Source: Pseudomonadota bacterium | GTDB lineage: Bacteria > Pseudomonadota > Alphaproteobacteria > Caulobacterales > Caulobacteraceae | NCBI GenBank assembly: GCA_041182245.1 | Contig: JBEGNZ010000010.1 | Location: 3,252-67,251 of the forward strand | Reading direction: 5' to 3' | DNA length: 64,000 nucleotides | In this document: positions 44,997 through 54,948 of the stretch, one piece after another | Numbering within the stretch: the stretch's first letter is position 1 | Layout of the letters: each line of letters opens with the position of its first letter | The notes under the pieces: model-generated | Seen by the model: only the letters and a program-made list of their open reading frames with translations | What the model was told of the DNA's origin: nothing | The model's database searches: none | Translations under genes and position numbers: made by a program

Positions 44997-45890
44997 CTAA
45001 TCTGGCAGGCGCAGCAGGGTATCTAACCCGGGTGCTGCGTCGGCCAGCAGGCGGCCATCCTTGACCATCTGAATGACGTGGGCCTGGATGGAGCGCGCGG
45101 CGGCGGGGTGTAGCCTTGAATCGACCGCCGCATAGATCACCGGCACGATGGTCAGGATCGAGGCCGGACCCTTGGCCAACTGTTCGATGATCTGGGCCTC
45201 GCGGGCGCGGCGATGGTCGGCATAGGCTTGGATAAAGGGCGCAGGCTCGGTGATCGGCGGGCCATGGGTCGGCCAGAGTGTGGCAAAGCCCTTGGCTTGG
45301 ATTCGGTCCAGACTGGCAAAATAGGCCCCCATATCGCCGTCGGGCGGAGTGATGACGGTGGTCGACCAGCCCATAATGTGGTCGCCAGAAAACAGGGCAT
45401 TTTCCTCTACCAAGCCATAACAGACATGGTTCGAGGTATGGCCGGGTGTGGGGATGGCCTCAAAGGTCCAGCCGGGACCAGATATGATCTCTCCGCCCGA
45501 CAGGATCACATCGGCCTTGAAGGCCAGATCGTCCCCGGCCTCCATCGTCACCTCACCATCGCTGGTCGCCGCCCCAATGGGCATGGCGTAGATCTTGGCC
45601 CCTGTCCGCGCCGCGAGGGGATGAGCGAGGGGCGAATGATCCAGATGGTTGTGGGTGATCAGGATGTGGGTCACGGTCTCGCCCGCCACCCCCGCCAAGA
45701 TCGCCTCCAGATGGTCGGCCATGTCCGGGCCCGGATCAATCACCGCAACCTCGCCCTTGCCGATGATATAGGTGCCTGTCCCGGTAAAGGTGAAGGGGCC
45801 CGGATTGTTGGCAATGACACGCCGGATCAGGGGCGAGACCTGATCGCATTGGCCATAGTCAAACTTGATCTCGCGGACAAAGGGGATCAT
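44997..45890 (-). CDS. MBL-fold metallo-hydrolase
   Basis: HxHxDH motif ITHNHLDH. Confidence 0.85.
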   Translation of the reverse strand: MIPFVREIKFDYGQCDQVSPLIRRVIANNPGPFTFTGTGTYIIGKGEVAVIDPGPDMADHLEAILAGVAGETVTHILITHNHLDHSPLAHPLAARTGAKIYAMPIGAATSDGEVTMEAGDDLAFKADVILSGGEIISGPGWTFEAIPTPGHTSNHVCYGLVEENALFSGDHIMGWSTTVITPPDGDMGAYFASLDRIQAKGFATLWPTHGPPITEPAPFIQAYADHRRAREAQIIEQLAKGPASILTIVPVIYAAVDSRLHPAAARSIQAHVIQMVKDGRLLADAAPGLDTLLRLPD

Positions 45891-45914
45891 TGGCTGGGCT
45901 CCTTAGGGGCGGGT

Positions 45915-46325
45915 TTAGCGGCGAAGGACGCTGGACAGATCATAACCGGCGGCGGTGCCGAGCGCGATCAGTTCTGGGACCTCACGCTCGCCGCTGACCA
46001 TCTGACCGATAGCCCAGGTGACAATCGAGCGGGTGCCAGAGCGGCAATAGGCCAAAACCGAGCCGCCAGCGTCAGAAATGGCGGTGCGCATCTCCTCGAC
46101 CTGATCGGGGGTGGGTCCGCCACGCACGGGGATATGGACATAGCTCATGCCTAAGGCTTCGGTCGCTGCCCGCGCTTCGGTGCTGTTGATCTGGCCTGCA
46201 TCTTCGTCGTCCGGACGGTTGCAGATGACGCGCTTGACGCCTTGGCTGGCGGCGACCTTCAGATCGGACAGGGCAATTTGCGGTGAAACGGAAAAGTCTT
46301 CTGTGACGAGGCGGATGGACGACAT
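45915..46325 (-). CDS. DUF442/TIGR01244-like phosphatase-fold (sulfur-transferase-like) protein, 136 aa
   Basis: Sequence MSSIRLVTEDFSVSPQI...VICNRPD...AYCRSGTRS with a CX5R-type loop. Only the 3' third of the 394-aa track ORF is credible. Confidence 0.7.
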   Translation of the reverse strand: MSSIRLVTEDFSVSPQIALSDLKVAASQGVKRVICNRPDDEDAGQINSTEARAATEALGMSYVHIPVRGGPTPDQVEEMRTAISDAGGSVLAYCRSGTRSIVTWAIGQMVSGEREVPELIALGTAAGYDLSSVLRR

Positions 46326-46436
46326 TTTCTTTTCTCTCCGGTGCGTTTCGGCGGGCAGCTTCGTTGACATTCTAGGGTGCGGATGAAACCTTCGCCGCAG
46401 GTTTCCGGTCACTATACCGGTAAAATGGATTGTTGA

Positions 46437-47354
46437 ATGTTCCGCTTTTTGCTTCGTCGTCTGATGGTGGCTGTTCCGACCCTTTTTCTCGTGGTCACGG
46501 CGGCCTTTTTCATGATGCGCGCTGCGCCCGGCAATCCGTTTGACTCCGATCGCAAGCTGCCGCCCGAGGTCGAGCGCAGCATCATGGCCAAGTACGGCAT
46601 GGACCGGCCCTTGGGCGAGCAATATGTCGCCTATGTTGGCAATGTCCTGCAGGGCGATCTGGGGCCATCTTTGAAATATAAGGACAAGTCGGTCGCTGAA
46701 CTGATCAGCGAGGGCTTGCCCACCAGCGCCGTCATCGGTCTGTCGGCCCTGACCTTGGCCTGTCTGGTGGGGATTGGTCTGGGGATCATTGCAGCCTTGC
46801 GGCAAAATCAGATGATCGACAATGTGACCATGGCTATCGCGGTCTTGGGGGTCTGTATCCCGACCTTTGTTACCGCGCCGCTCTTGGTGCTCGTCTTTGC
46901 GGCCAAGCTGGGCTGGCTGCCGACGGCGGGCTTGAACGGTATTCGGAGTCTGATCTTGCCGGTCGCGGTGCTGGCCCTGCCGCAGATCGCCATCATCTCG
47001 CGCTTGACCCGCGCCGGGATGATCGAGGTCTTGCGTTCCAACTATATCCGCACCGCTCGCGCTAAGGGCCTGTCGGAGGTTCGTATCGTCCTTCGCCATG
47101 GGCTGAGGGCCGCGATCTTGCCGCTGGTCAGCTATCTGGGCCCGGCCTGCGCCGGTCTGCTGACCGGATCGCTCGTGATCGAAAAGATTTTCAGCCTGCC
47201 GGGTCTGGGCAAGAGCTTCGTCATCGGGGCGCTGCAGCGGGACTATACGGTGGTGATGGGGGTGGTGATTGTCTATGCCGGACTGATCCTGCTGCTCAAC
47301 CTTTTGGCCGATATTGCCTATGCCATGCTTGATCCGCGCGTGAGGTTGTCATGA
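46437..47354 (+). CDS. Peptide/nickel ABC transporter permease (OppB/DppB-like)
   Basis: N-terminus MFRFLLRRLMVAVPTLFLVVTAAFFMMRAAPGNPF and EAA-loop region ...YIRTARAKGLSE. Confidence 0.9.
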   Translation: MFRFLLRRLMVAVPTLFLVVTAAFFMMRAAPGNPFDSDRKLPPEVERSIMAKYGMDRPLGEQYVAYVGNVLQGDLGPSLKYKDKSVAELISEGLPTSAVIGLSALTLACLVGIGLGIIAALRQNQMIDNVTMAIAVLGVCIPTFVTAPLLVLVFAAKLGWLPTAGLNGIRSLILPVAVLALPQIAIISRLTRAGMIEVLRSNYIRTARAKGLSEVRIVLRHGLRAAILPLVSYLGPACAGLLTGSLVIEKIFSLPGLGKSFVIGALQRDYTVVMGVVIVYAGLILLLNLLADIAYAMLDPRVRLS

Positions 47355-48265
47355 GCAAGGGCTTCAGCTTGACCCCCGGTGCCCACCAAGGCCCCCAGAC
47401 CATGGAGCGCGCCGCCGTCAAGGGCCGTAGCCTCTGGGACGATGCGCGCCGCCGCCTTCTGGCCAATCGGGCCGCGACGGTCAGTATGGGCCTGTTGCTG
47501 GCTCTGGTCCTGTTGGCCATTCTCGGACCGTTCCTGACCCCCTTTACCTATGACCAGATCAATAAGAACGATGTCTGGGCTCCGCCCCTGACCGCTGGCC
47601 ATCTGATGGGCGCTGACTCTCTGGGCCGAGACCTTCTGGCGCGGTTGTTGGTGGGCCTTCGGGTATCCTTGGCCATCGGTGTCGTGGCCACAGCGGTCTC
47701 GCTGGTGATCGGCGTCATCTGGGGCGCGACGGCGGGCTATCTGGGCGGGCGGATTGACGAGCTGATGATGCGCTTTGTCGATATTCTCTACAGCCTACCC
47801 TTTATCTTTTTCGTCATCCTTTTGATGGTCACCTTTGGCCGCAACATCATCCTGATCTTCCTCGCCATCGGCGCGGTCGAGTGGTTGACCATGTCGCGGA
47901 TCGTGCGGGGCCAGACCCTGTCGCTCAAGCAAAAGGAATTTGTCGAGGCTGCGAGGGCAGCGGGCCTATCCGATCAGGCTATCATCACCCGCCATATTGT
48001 GCCCAACCTTCTAGGACCCGTGGTGGTCTATGTGACCTTGACCATCCCCGCCGTGATCCTTGCCGAAAGTTTCTTGAGCTTCCTCGGCATGGGGGTTCAA
48101 GAGCCCCTGACCTCGCTGGGCACCCTGATCTCGCAAGGGGCGCAGGACATGGAGGCGGCGCCGTGGCTCTTGATCTTCCCGTCCGTGACCATGGTCGTGA
48201 CCTTGATGTGCTTCAACTTTATCGGCGACGGGCTGCGTGATGCTATTGACCCAAAGGACCGCTGA
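47351..48265 (+). CDS. Peptide/nickel ABC transporter permease (OppC/DppC-like)
   Basis: ATGA overlap with the previous permease. Motif ...HLMGADSLGRDLLARLL... and EAA region EFVEAARAAGLS. Confidence 0.9.
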   Translation: MSKGFSLTPGAHQGPQTMERAAVKGRSLWDDARRRLLANRAATVSMGLLLALVLLAILGPFLTPFTYDQINKNDVWAPPLTAGHLMGADSLGRDLLARLLVGLRVSLAIGVVATAVSLVIGVIWGATAGYLGGRIDELMMRFVDILYSLPFIFFVILLMVTFGRNIILIFLAIGAVEWLTMSRIVRGQTLSLKQKEFVEAARAAGLSDQAIITRHIVPNLLGPVVVYVTLTIPAVILAESFLSFLGMGVQEPLTSLGTLISQGAQDMEAAPWLLIFPSVTMVVTLMCFNFIGDGLRDAIDPKDR

Positions 48266-48281
48266 GCCTGCGCCCTTGGCC

Positions 48282-48848
48282 CTAGCGGCTGCGTTGGGCG
48301 CGAATGGCGGTCTGGCCGTCTATATTGAGGAAGAAGCTGCCCAAGGCGGCGCGGCGGATCTTGACGGTCGATCCCGCACGGGGGGCGTTGAAGGGGTTCT
48401 CAGAATCGATCTGACGCCAGACCGCACCGTCTTCGAGGACCATCACCCACTTGCCATCCTTGCCCCTATAGGCGTCTTTCAGGGTCACGGTGACCTTGTC
48501 CAGATCTTCCTTGGGCATGACCTTGTCGAAAATGTCCAAGGACGGCAGTTCAAAGCCGAAGGCCTGCTTGCGGGCCGTGGTCGCCTGCTCGCGATCGATG
48601 ACCACAATGTCACCCTTGGTTTCGGCCTGATCCAGGCTGGAGGCCGCCGCATCAAAGCAGGCCAGCCGGGCCGCCGCATCCGTTGTCGCACGGCAATCCA
48701 GCACCGCTTGGAACGCCGCCGCCCGCTTGGCCTTCACATCGGCCGCCAAGGTCGGCGAGGCCAGGGCCAGAGCCATGGTCAAACTGCCAACGCCCAGAGC
48801 CAAGACGCGAAGGGACGCTGTGTTTGTGCTGCTGTGATAGAATGTCAT
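48282..48848 (-). CDS. Secreted hypothetical protein (~188 aa)
   Basis: Signal peptide LRVLALGVGSLTMALALASPTLAA and a Cys pair in LDCRATTDAAARLACFD. The ATG at 48848 is preferred to the track start at 49079. Confidence 0.55.
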   Translation of the reverse strand: MTFYHSSTNTASLRVLALGVGSLTMALALASPTLAADVKAKRAAAFQAVLDCRATTDAAARLACFDAAASSLDQAETKGDIVVIDREQATTARKQAFGFELPSLDIFDKVMPKEDLDKVTVTLKDAYRGKDGKWVMVLEDGAVWRQIDSENPFNAPRAGSTVKIRRAALGSFFLNIDGQTAIRAQRSR

Positions 48849-48900
48849 TTGTTTACCCCTGTCCGAGACTCGGTCCGGCACCATTGAAGAGGCCTTAAGC

Positions 48901-50526
48901 GTGTTGCGCAATCTGTTCCTTGTCTTTGTGGCGGCTTTAATGCTGAGCGGCTGTGGTGAGCCTGAAGCCGTGCGCGCGCCATGTCCGGCAGGCAAGCTGT
49001 GCCTCGAGGCGGGTAACACCAACGATCCGGTGTCTCTCGATCCGCATAAGACCCAAGGTACCTGGGAAAACCGCATCATTGGCGACCTGATCGTTGGTCT
49101 GACCCAAGAGGATCAGGCCGGCAATGCCATTCCCGGCATGGCCACCCATTGGGAGACCTCGGCCGACGGCAAGGTCTGGACCTTCCATCTGCGCCGCGCC
49201 CTGTGGTCCGATGGGGTGCCGGTGACGGCCGATGATTTCGTCTATGCCCTGCGCCGGATTATGGATCCCAAGACCGGCTCGTCCTATTCGTCGCTCCTCT
49301 ACATCATCCAGAACGGCCAAGCGGTGAATGAAAACAAGATGCCGCTGAGCGCCTTGGGCGTGAGGGCCATCGACCCCTTGACCATCGAAATTCGCCTGAA
49401 CCATGCCGCCCCTTTCCTGCCTGAAATAGCCAAGCACAATTCGATGTATCCGGTGCCCAAACATGTGGTCGAAAAGTGGGGCGATGATTGGAGCCGCCCG
49501 GAGCATTTTGTCGGCAATGGGCCGTTCAATCTGGTCTCTTGGAAGCTCGGCGACCGGGTGACGGTGGTCAAGAACCCCAAGTTCTATGAGGTCGATAAGG
49601 TCTGTCTGGACCAGATTAATTACTATCCCACCACCGATGCCAGCTCTGCGCAGAAGCGGGTCAAGAGCGGTGAGTTGGACGTCAATACCGATATCCAGTC
49701 CAACAAGATCGCCTTGCTGCGCCAGCCGGACCAGATGCCAGACTATGTGCGGGTCAATACCTATCTGGGCACCACCTACCTGGCCTTCAATGGCTCGGTT
49801 CCCGCCCTCAAGGACCGTCGCGTGCGTCAGGCCCTGTCGATGGCCATAGACCGTGAGTTCATCACCCAAAAGCTGCTGCGCGGGGGCCAGAGCCCGGCCA
49901 ATAGCTTTGTGCCGCCGGGCGTTGCCAACTATCCCAATCCGGCCAAGGCCTTTTGGGCAGACTGGCCGCTGGCCAAGCGTCAGGCTGAGGCGCGTAAGCT
50001 GCTGGCGGCGGCGGGTTTCGGGCCCAAGACCCCCCTGACCATCACCATCAAGCACCGCAATTCCCCCGACCCGATGCTGTTCATGCCCGCCATTCAGGCC
50101 GACTGGAAAGAGATCGGGGTCAATGCCAAGCTCGAACAGAATGAGGGTCAGATCGCCTATCAGTCCTATCGTCTGCGCGATTTCGAGGTCGCCGACGCGG
50201 CATGGATCGCCGACTATAACGACCCCATGACCTTCCTCTATCTGCAGCAATCTGCCACCGGCACGCAGAACTATAGCGACTATGCCAACCCCGCCTATGA
50301 CGGTCTGTTGGCTAAGGCGGACAATGAGCCCGACGCGGTCAAGCGCTCAGCCTATCTCAGCGCCGCCGAACAGATCATGCTCGACGACGCGCCGATCGTG
50401 CCTATCTATTTCTATGTCAATAAGAACCTGGTCAGCCCTCGCGTCACCGGCTGGACCGATAACATCACCGATTGGCACCGGTCTCGATATCTTTGCTTTA
50501 AGGATGCGCCAGCCAAGGGAAAATAA
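48901..50526 (+). CDS. Family 5 peptide ABC substrate-binding lipoprotein
   Basis: Lipobox LMLSGC and typical SBP5 length and sequence. GTG start. Confidence 0.85.
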   Translation: MLRNLFLVFVAALMLSGCGEPEAVRAPCPAGKLCLEAGNTNDPVSLDPHKTQGTWENRIIGDLIVGLTQEDQAGNAIPGMATHWETSADGKVWTFHLRRALWSDGVPVTADDFVYALRRIMDPKTGSSYSSLLYIIQNGQAVNENKMPLSALGVRAIDPLTIEIRLNHAAPFLPEIAKHNSMYPVPKHVVEKWGDDWSRPEHFVGNGPFNLVSWKLGDRVTVVKNPKFYEVDKVCLDQINYYPTTDASSAQKRVKSGELDVNTDIQSNKIALLRQPDQMPDYVRVNTYLGTTYLAFNGSVPALKDRRVRQALSMAIDREFITQKLLRGGQSPANSFVPPGVANYPNPAKAFWADWPLAKRQAEARKLLAAAGFGPKTPLTITIKHRNSPDPMLFMPAIQADWKEIGVNAKLEQNEGQIAYQSYRLRDFEVADAAWIADYNDPMTFLYLQQSATGTQNYSDYANPAYDGLLAKADNEPDAVKRSAYLSAAEQIMLDDAPIVPIYFYVNKNLVSPRVTGWTDNITDWHRSRYLCFKDAPAKGK

Positions 50527-50690
50527 CCCCTGATTGAGCGCCGAGCTGCGCCTCAGGTCTGAGCGCGAATTCGCTAATAAACACTACCTATAAGTGTGTT
50601 AAATTTGTAACGTTGAACGGTGAACCGTCGGCTTCGGAGGTCTCGGACATTGACCTCTGCCTACCCGCCTTTGCATGGTTAAACGATCTA

Positions 50691-50714
50691 GGGGTGGTTT
50701 TCTAAAATCACCCC
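50691..50714. promoter_or_regulatory. 24-bp near-palindrome GGGGTGGTTTTCTAAAATCACCCC in the leader of the receptor gene
   Basis: Read directly. 6-bp GC clamp plus A/T inner pairs. 46 nt upstream of the ATG at 50760. Confidence 0.4.
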
Positions 50715-50759
50715 TTCAAATCGTATTCGATTTCCCAATCGAACCTGAGGGGCTCATTC

Positions 50760-53687
50760 ATGACCAATAGATTCCGCCGCCAATCTCTTTTGGCGACCAC
50801 AATGATATGTGGTGTCGTCGCATCCTTGACTGCCATGCCCAGTCACGCGCTCGCTGCCGACACCAAGGCCGGCGAGGTTGAAGAGGTCGTGGTTACCGGG
50901 TCGCGCATTCCACAGCCCAATCTGATCACGACGAGCCCCGTCACTCAGGTCACGGCGCAGGACATTACCAGCGCTGGGGTGACCCGCGTTGAGGATATGG
51001 TCAATCAGCTGCCTCAGGCCTTTGCAGCGCAAAACTCAAACATTTCGAATGGCGCGTCAGGCACCGCAACGGTGAACCTTCGGGGCCTTGGCTCGGTTCG
51101 GACGCTGGTTCTGATCGATGGCCGCAGGATGCCCTACGGTTCGCCCAGCGAAACGGCTGCTGATATCAACCAGATCCCCGGGGGTCTGGTGGACCGGGTT
51201 GAGGTCCTGACCGGCGGTGCATCGGCTATCTATGGTTCTGACGCCTTGGCGGGCGTCGTCAACTTCATCATGAAGAAGGACTTCGAAGGTATTCGAGTCG
51301 ATGCCCAGTACGGCATGTTCCAGCATAACAATGATTATGATGGGCCCGGCGATCTGCGCAATGTGATTAAGGGGCGGGCAGCGACCAATCCGGCCCAATT
51401 TAAGTTGCCGGACGACAATGTCACAGACGGTATCAGCAAGGAAGTGACCCTGATGATGGGTGTTTCCTCGCCTGACAAGAAGGGCAATCTAACCGCCTAT
51501 GTGACCTATCGGAACAATGACAAGGTGCTTCAGGCGGATCGAGACTATTCTGCCTGCACCATCGGCAGCGCGACCGCAACGGTCTTTACTTGCGGCGGGT
51601 CGAGCACCTCGTTCCCGGGTCGATTCACCAATTTCTCCACCTTTAACTACACGCTCGATACAGCGACAAATAACTTCGTTCCCTTCGTCTCAGCGCGCGA
51701 TCAGTATAACTATGGCCCATTGAACTATTATCAGCGCCCGGACGAGCGCTACACGCTCGGTGCCTTCGGTCATTATGAGCTGAACGAGCATGCCGACATC
51801 TATACCCAGCTGATGTTTGCCGACTATTCGACTGTCGCTCAAATCGCGCCATCGGGTGATTTTGGGAACACCACGACGATCAACTGCGACAACCCGCTGT
51901 TGTCCGCCGGTCAAAAGACCGCAATCGGTTGCACCAGTGCCTTAATCACGTCTGGCGGTAAGGTCGACCTGACGATCCTTCGCCGCAATGTCGAGGGCGG
52001 TGGTCGCCAAGATGATCTGCGCTTCCAAAGTTATCGTCAGGTGATTGGTGCGCGCGGTGACATCGGTCAGGGTTGGAGTTACGACGTCTACGGTCAGTTT
52101 TCGCGCGTTCAACAGTCGCGAACCTATAATAATGATTTCTCTGTCTCGCGTCTGACCAAGGCGTTGGATGTGGTCAATGTTAATGGCGTGGCGACCTGCC
52201 GCTCGGTCGTCGATGGCAGCGATTCAGCCTGCGTTCCTTACAATATCTTCAAGGCGGGCGGTGTCACGCAAGCCGCGCTTGACTATGTTCAGATCCCGCT
52301 CGTTCAGACCGGCTTCACCACCCAGCAGGTGGTCAGTGGTACAGTCACAGGCGATCTGGGTGAATATGGTGTGAAGAGCCCCTATGCCGATAGCGGGGTT
52401 GCCGTGGTGCTCGGCCTTGAAATGCGCCGCGACGTCTTGAGCAAGACCGTCGATTCCGCCTTTGCGACTGGCGATGGTGCGGGTCAAGGTGGCCCCACCA
52501 AGGGTCTGAAGGGGACGACCCAAGTGCGTGAGTTCTTCACTGAAATCAGTGCGCCACTGGTCAGTGACAAACCCTTCGCTAAGCTGATTTCGCTCGATGC
52601 GGCCTACCGTAAATCAAGCTATTCGCGCGACATCGATACCGACACCTACAAGATCGGCGGTGACTGGGCCCCCGTGGAGGATATCCGCTTCCGGGCCAGC
52701 TATCAGCAGGCGGTTCGCGCGGCCAACGTGGTTGAACTGTTCTCTGCCCAAGCCGAAGGCCTGTTTGATCTGGCCGCTGACCCTTGCGGCGCGTCCAAGA
52801 CCGCAACCTTGGCCCAATGTACTGCGACCGGCGTTCCGGCGTCGTTCTATGGCAATGGCGCGGCCCTAGATAGCCCAGCCAACCAGTACAATCTGCTGAG
52901 TGGCGGCAACCCGAATCTCAAGCCTGAAGAATCGAAGACTAAGACCTTTGGTGTCGTGCTTGCGCCTCAATTCCTGCCGTCTTTCAACATGTCGATCGAC
53001 TATTTTGATATCGAGATTGAAAAGACCATTGCGAGCTTTGGCGCGGAAAACATTATTCTTGCCTGCTACAAGCTCAATCTGCCCTTTGCCTGTAACAGCA
53101 TCCATAGAAACGCCCTTGGACAACTCTGGACCAATCGCGGTTATGTTGATGACCTTACAACCAATATTGGTGCCTTGCAGACCACTGGTTATGATATCAA
53201 TGCTAACTACAAGCTGGACCTCGATCAGGTCGGCTTGAAGGGTATGGGTAATGTCGCCTTTAATCTGGTTGGGACCTATCTCGATAAGCTCGAGGTCACG
53301 CCCAACGCCGTCACACCCAAATATGATTGCGTTGGCTACTTTGGCAGCGTTTGCGGCACACCAAATCCGAAATGGCGTCACCGCGTCCGGGCCTCTTGGC
53401 AGAGCCCTTGGAATGCGGACCTGTCCCTGACCTGGCGTTATTACGATGAGGTTAAGCTTTACAACAATACGGCCCAGCGCGTGGATTCCAAGTTTGAGGC
53501 CCAGAACTATCTGGATATCTCAGGCGATGTGCGAGTCGGTGACACCACCAAGGTTCGCTTTGGTGTCAACAATGTCCTCGATCGGGATCCGCCCCTGTCG
53601 GCCAATGCGGGTAACGGCAACACCTATCCGCAGGTCTATGACGCCTTGGGTCGCTATCTCTTCATCGGCGTCACCAAGGATTTCTAA
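50760..53687 (+). CDS. TonB-dependent receptor (975 aa)
   Basis: Signal peptide ending HALAAD. Plug motifs VVVTGSRI, NLRGLG, IDGRR and VEVLTGGASAIYGSDALAGVVNFI. C-terminal ...GVTKDF. Confidence 0.9.
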   Translation: MTNRFRRQSLLATTMICGVVASLTAMPSHALAADTKAGEVEEVVVTGSRIPQPNLITTSPVTQVTAQDITSAGVTRVEDMVNQLPQAFAAQNSNISNGASGTATVNLRGLGSVRTLVLIDGRRMPYGSPSETAADINQIPGGLVDRVEVLTGGASAIYGSDALAGVVNFIMKKDFEGIRVDAQYGMFQHNNDYDGPGDLRNVIKGRAATNPAQFKLPDDNVTDGISKEVTLMMGVSSPDKKGNLTAYVTYRNNDKVLQADRDYSACTIGSATATVFTCGGSSTSFPGRFTNFSTFNYTLDTATNNFVPFVSARDQYNYGPLNYYQRPDERYTLGAFGHYELNEHADIYTQLMFADYSTVAQIAPSGDFGNTTTINCDNPLLSAGQKTAIGCTSALITSGGKVDLTILRRNVEGGGRQDDLRFQSYRQVIGARGDIGQGWSYDVYGQFSRVQQSRTYNNDFSVSRLTKALDVVNVNGVATCRSVVDGSDSACVPYNIFKAGGVTQAALDYVQIPLVQTGFTTQQVVSGTVTGDLGEYGVKSPYADSGVAVVLGLEMRRDVLSKTVDSAFATGDGAGQGGPTKGLKGTTQVREFFTEISAPLVSDKPFAKLISLDAAYRKSSYSRDIDTDTYKIGGDWAPVEDIRFRASYQQAVRAANVVELFSAQAEGLFDLAADPCGASKTATLAQCTATGVPASFYGNGAALDSPANQYNLLSGGNPNLKPEESKTKTFGVVLAPQFLPSFNMSIDYFDIEIEKTIASFGAENIILACYKLNLPFACNSIHRNALGQLWTNRGYVDDLTTNIGALQTTGYDINANYKLDLDQVGLKGMGNVAFNLVGTYLDKLEVTPNAVTPKYDCVGYFGSVCGTPNPKWRHRVRASWQSPWNADLSLTWRYYDEVKLYNNTAQRVDSKFEAQNYLDISGDVRVGDTTKVRFGVNNVLDRDPPLSANAGNGNTYPQVYDALGRYLFIGVTKDF

Positions 53688-53710
53688 GGCCTAAGCTATA
53701 GTTACCTCTG

Positions 53711-53745
53711 GGGGCGGCGAGTCACATCGGCTCGCCGCCCCTTTT
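53711..53745 (+). terminator. Rho-independent terminator after receptor 1
   Basis: GGGGCGGCGAG pairs with CTCGCCGCCCC (11 bp perfect, 9-nt loop), followed by TTTT. Confidence 0.8.
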
Positions 53746-53771
53746 GCTTCTCATCACATCGCCTTAACCAC

Positions 53772-54938
53772 ATGATCCAAAGTCCTAGCCACTCCGATAT
53801 CATGGCGAACGCCATGATGGCGCTTCAACAGGGAGACCCTGCAAAGGCCCTGAGGCTCTTGCAGGTTCTGCAGGACGTAGAGCCGAACAATCTCGACCTG
53901 ATGCTCAATGTGGCTTTGGCGCACCGGGTTGCTGGCAATCTGTCTACAGCGGTCGAGGTCCTGGACGCGGTGCTGGCCATCGACCCCTACCAATTTATGG
54001 CCCTTCTATCGAAGGCGGCAATCCTAGAGCGGTTGGGTCAGATGGCTCTGAGTGCCAAGACCTATGAGGCGGCCCTTGCCCTTGCACCGCCTGACGACCT
54101 GACGCCGCCAGCCTTGCAGGCCCCCATTGCCCATGGGCGACAGGTGTTGGCCCGTCGCGCAAAAGAGTTTTCTGACCATCTCGAAACACGATTAGCCAAG
54201 GCGCGAGCCGATCTGTGTGCGGCTCAAACTGCGCGGTTTGATCATTGTCTCGACATCTTTGTCGGTCGCAAGAAGGTCTATGTGCCTCAGCCGCTTCTGA
54301 TGCATTTTCCCGGCCTTCCGGTGATCCAGTTCTTTGACCGCCACCTGTTCCCTTGGTTGCCGCAGCTTGAAGCGGCGAGCGACATCATACGCGCAGAAAT
54401 GCTGGCCCTCCGTGCTGGGGAGTCTGACCCGTTTGCGCCCTATATTGCCTTTCCGCCCGGTGCGCCGGTAAACCAATGGGCGGACCTAAACCATTCGCGC
54501 GATTGGACCTCCTTTTGGCTGTGGAAGGACGGCGTGCGGCAAGAGGGGGCCTGCGCCCTCTGTCCTCAGACCGCGAAGATCCTTGAAGCCTTACCGCTGG
54601 CCCATCAGCCCGACTTTGCCCCCACGGTGGTGTTCTCGTCCCTGCAGGCCCATACCCACATTCCACCCCACACGGGATCGAGCAATGCGCGGCTCTTGGT
54701 TCATCTGCCCCTAGACCTGCCCGGGCCCGCTCGCTTTCGGGTCGGCAATGACGAGCGGTCTTGGCAGATGGGTCAGGCTTGGGTCTTTGATGATACGATT
54801 GAACATGAGGCATGGAATGATGCCGATGCGGTGCGCACCATCCTCATCTTTGACGTCTGGAACCCCTATCTGACCGTTGAGGAGCGTGAGCTTGTTTCAA
54901 TCATGATGGCCGCAAAGAATGAATTTATGGCCCGCTAG
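53772..54938 (+). CDS. TPR-repeat protein fused to an aspartyl/asparaginyl beta-hydroxylase-like (AspH/LpxO family) domain
   Basis: N-terminal TPR-like helices. C-terminal HIPPHTGSSNARLLVHLPL...RVGNDERSWQMGQAWVFDDTIEHEAWN...FDVWNP. No signal peptide. Confidence 0.8.
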   Translation: MIQSPSHSDIMANAMMALQQGDPAKALRLLQVLQDVEPNNLDLMLNVALAHRVAGNLSTAVEVLDAVLAIDPYQFMALLSKAAILERLGQMALSAKTYEAALALAPPDDLTPPALQAPIAHGRQVLARRAKEFSDHLETRLAKARADLCAAQTARFDHCLDIFVGRKKVYVPQPLLMHFPGLPVIQFFDRHLFPWLPQLEAASDIIRAEMLALRAGESDPFAPYIAFPPGAPVNQWADLNHSRDWTSFWLWKDGVRQEGACALCPQTAKILEALPLAHQPDFAPTVVFSSLQAHTHIPPHTGSSNARLLVHLPLDLPGPARFRVGNDERSWQMGQAWVFDDTIEHEAWNDADAVRTILIFDVWNPYLTVEERELVSIMMAAKNEFMAR

Positions 54939-54948
54939 TCGAATGGCC

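Noticed and set aside
45915-47099. 394-aa minus-strand ORF spanning 45915..47099
   Set aside because: Only the last 136 codons (45915..46325, starting MSSIRLV…) look like a real protein (DUF442/phosphatase-fold). The upstream 258 codons are Arg/Gly/Asp/Gln-rich low-complexity sequence lying antisense to a well-supported OppB-like permease gene (46437..47354). It is a shadow-ORF extension typical of GC-rich DNA.
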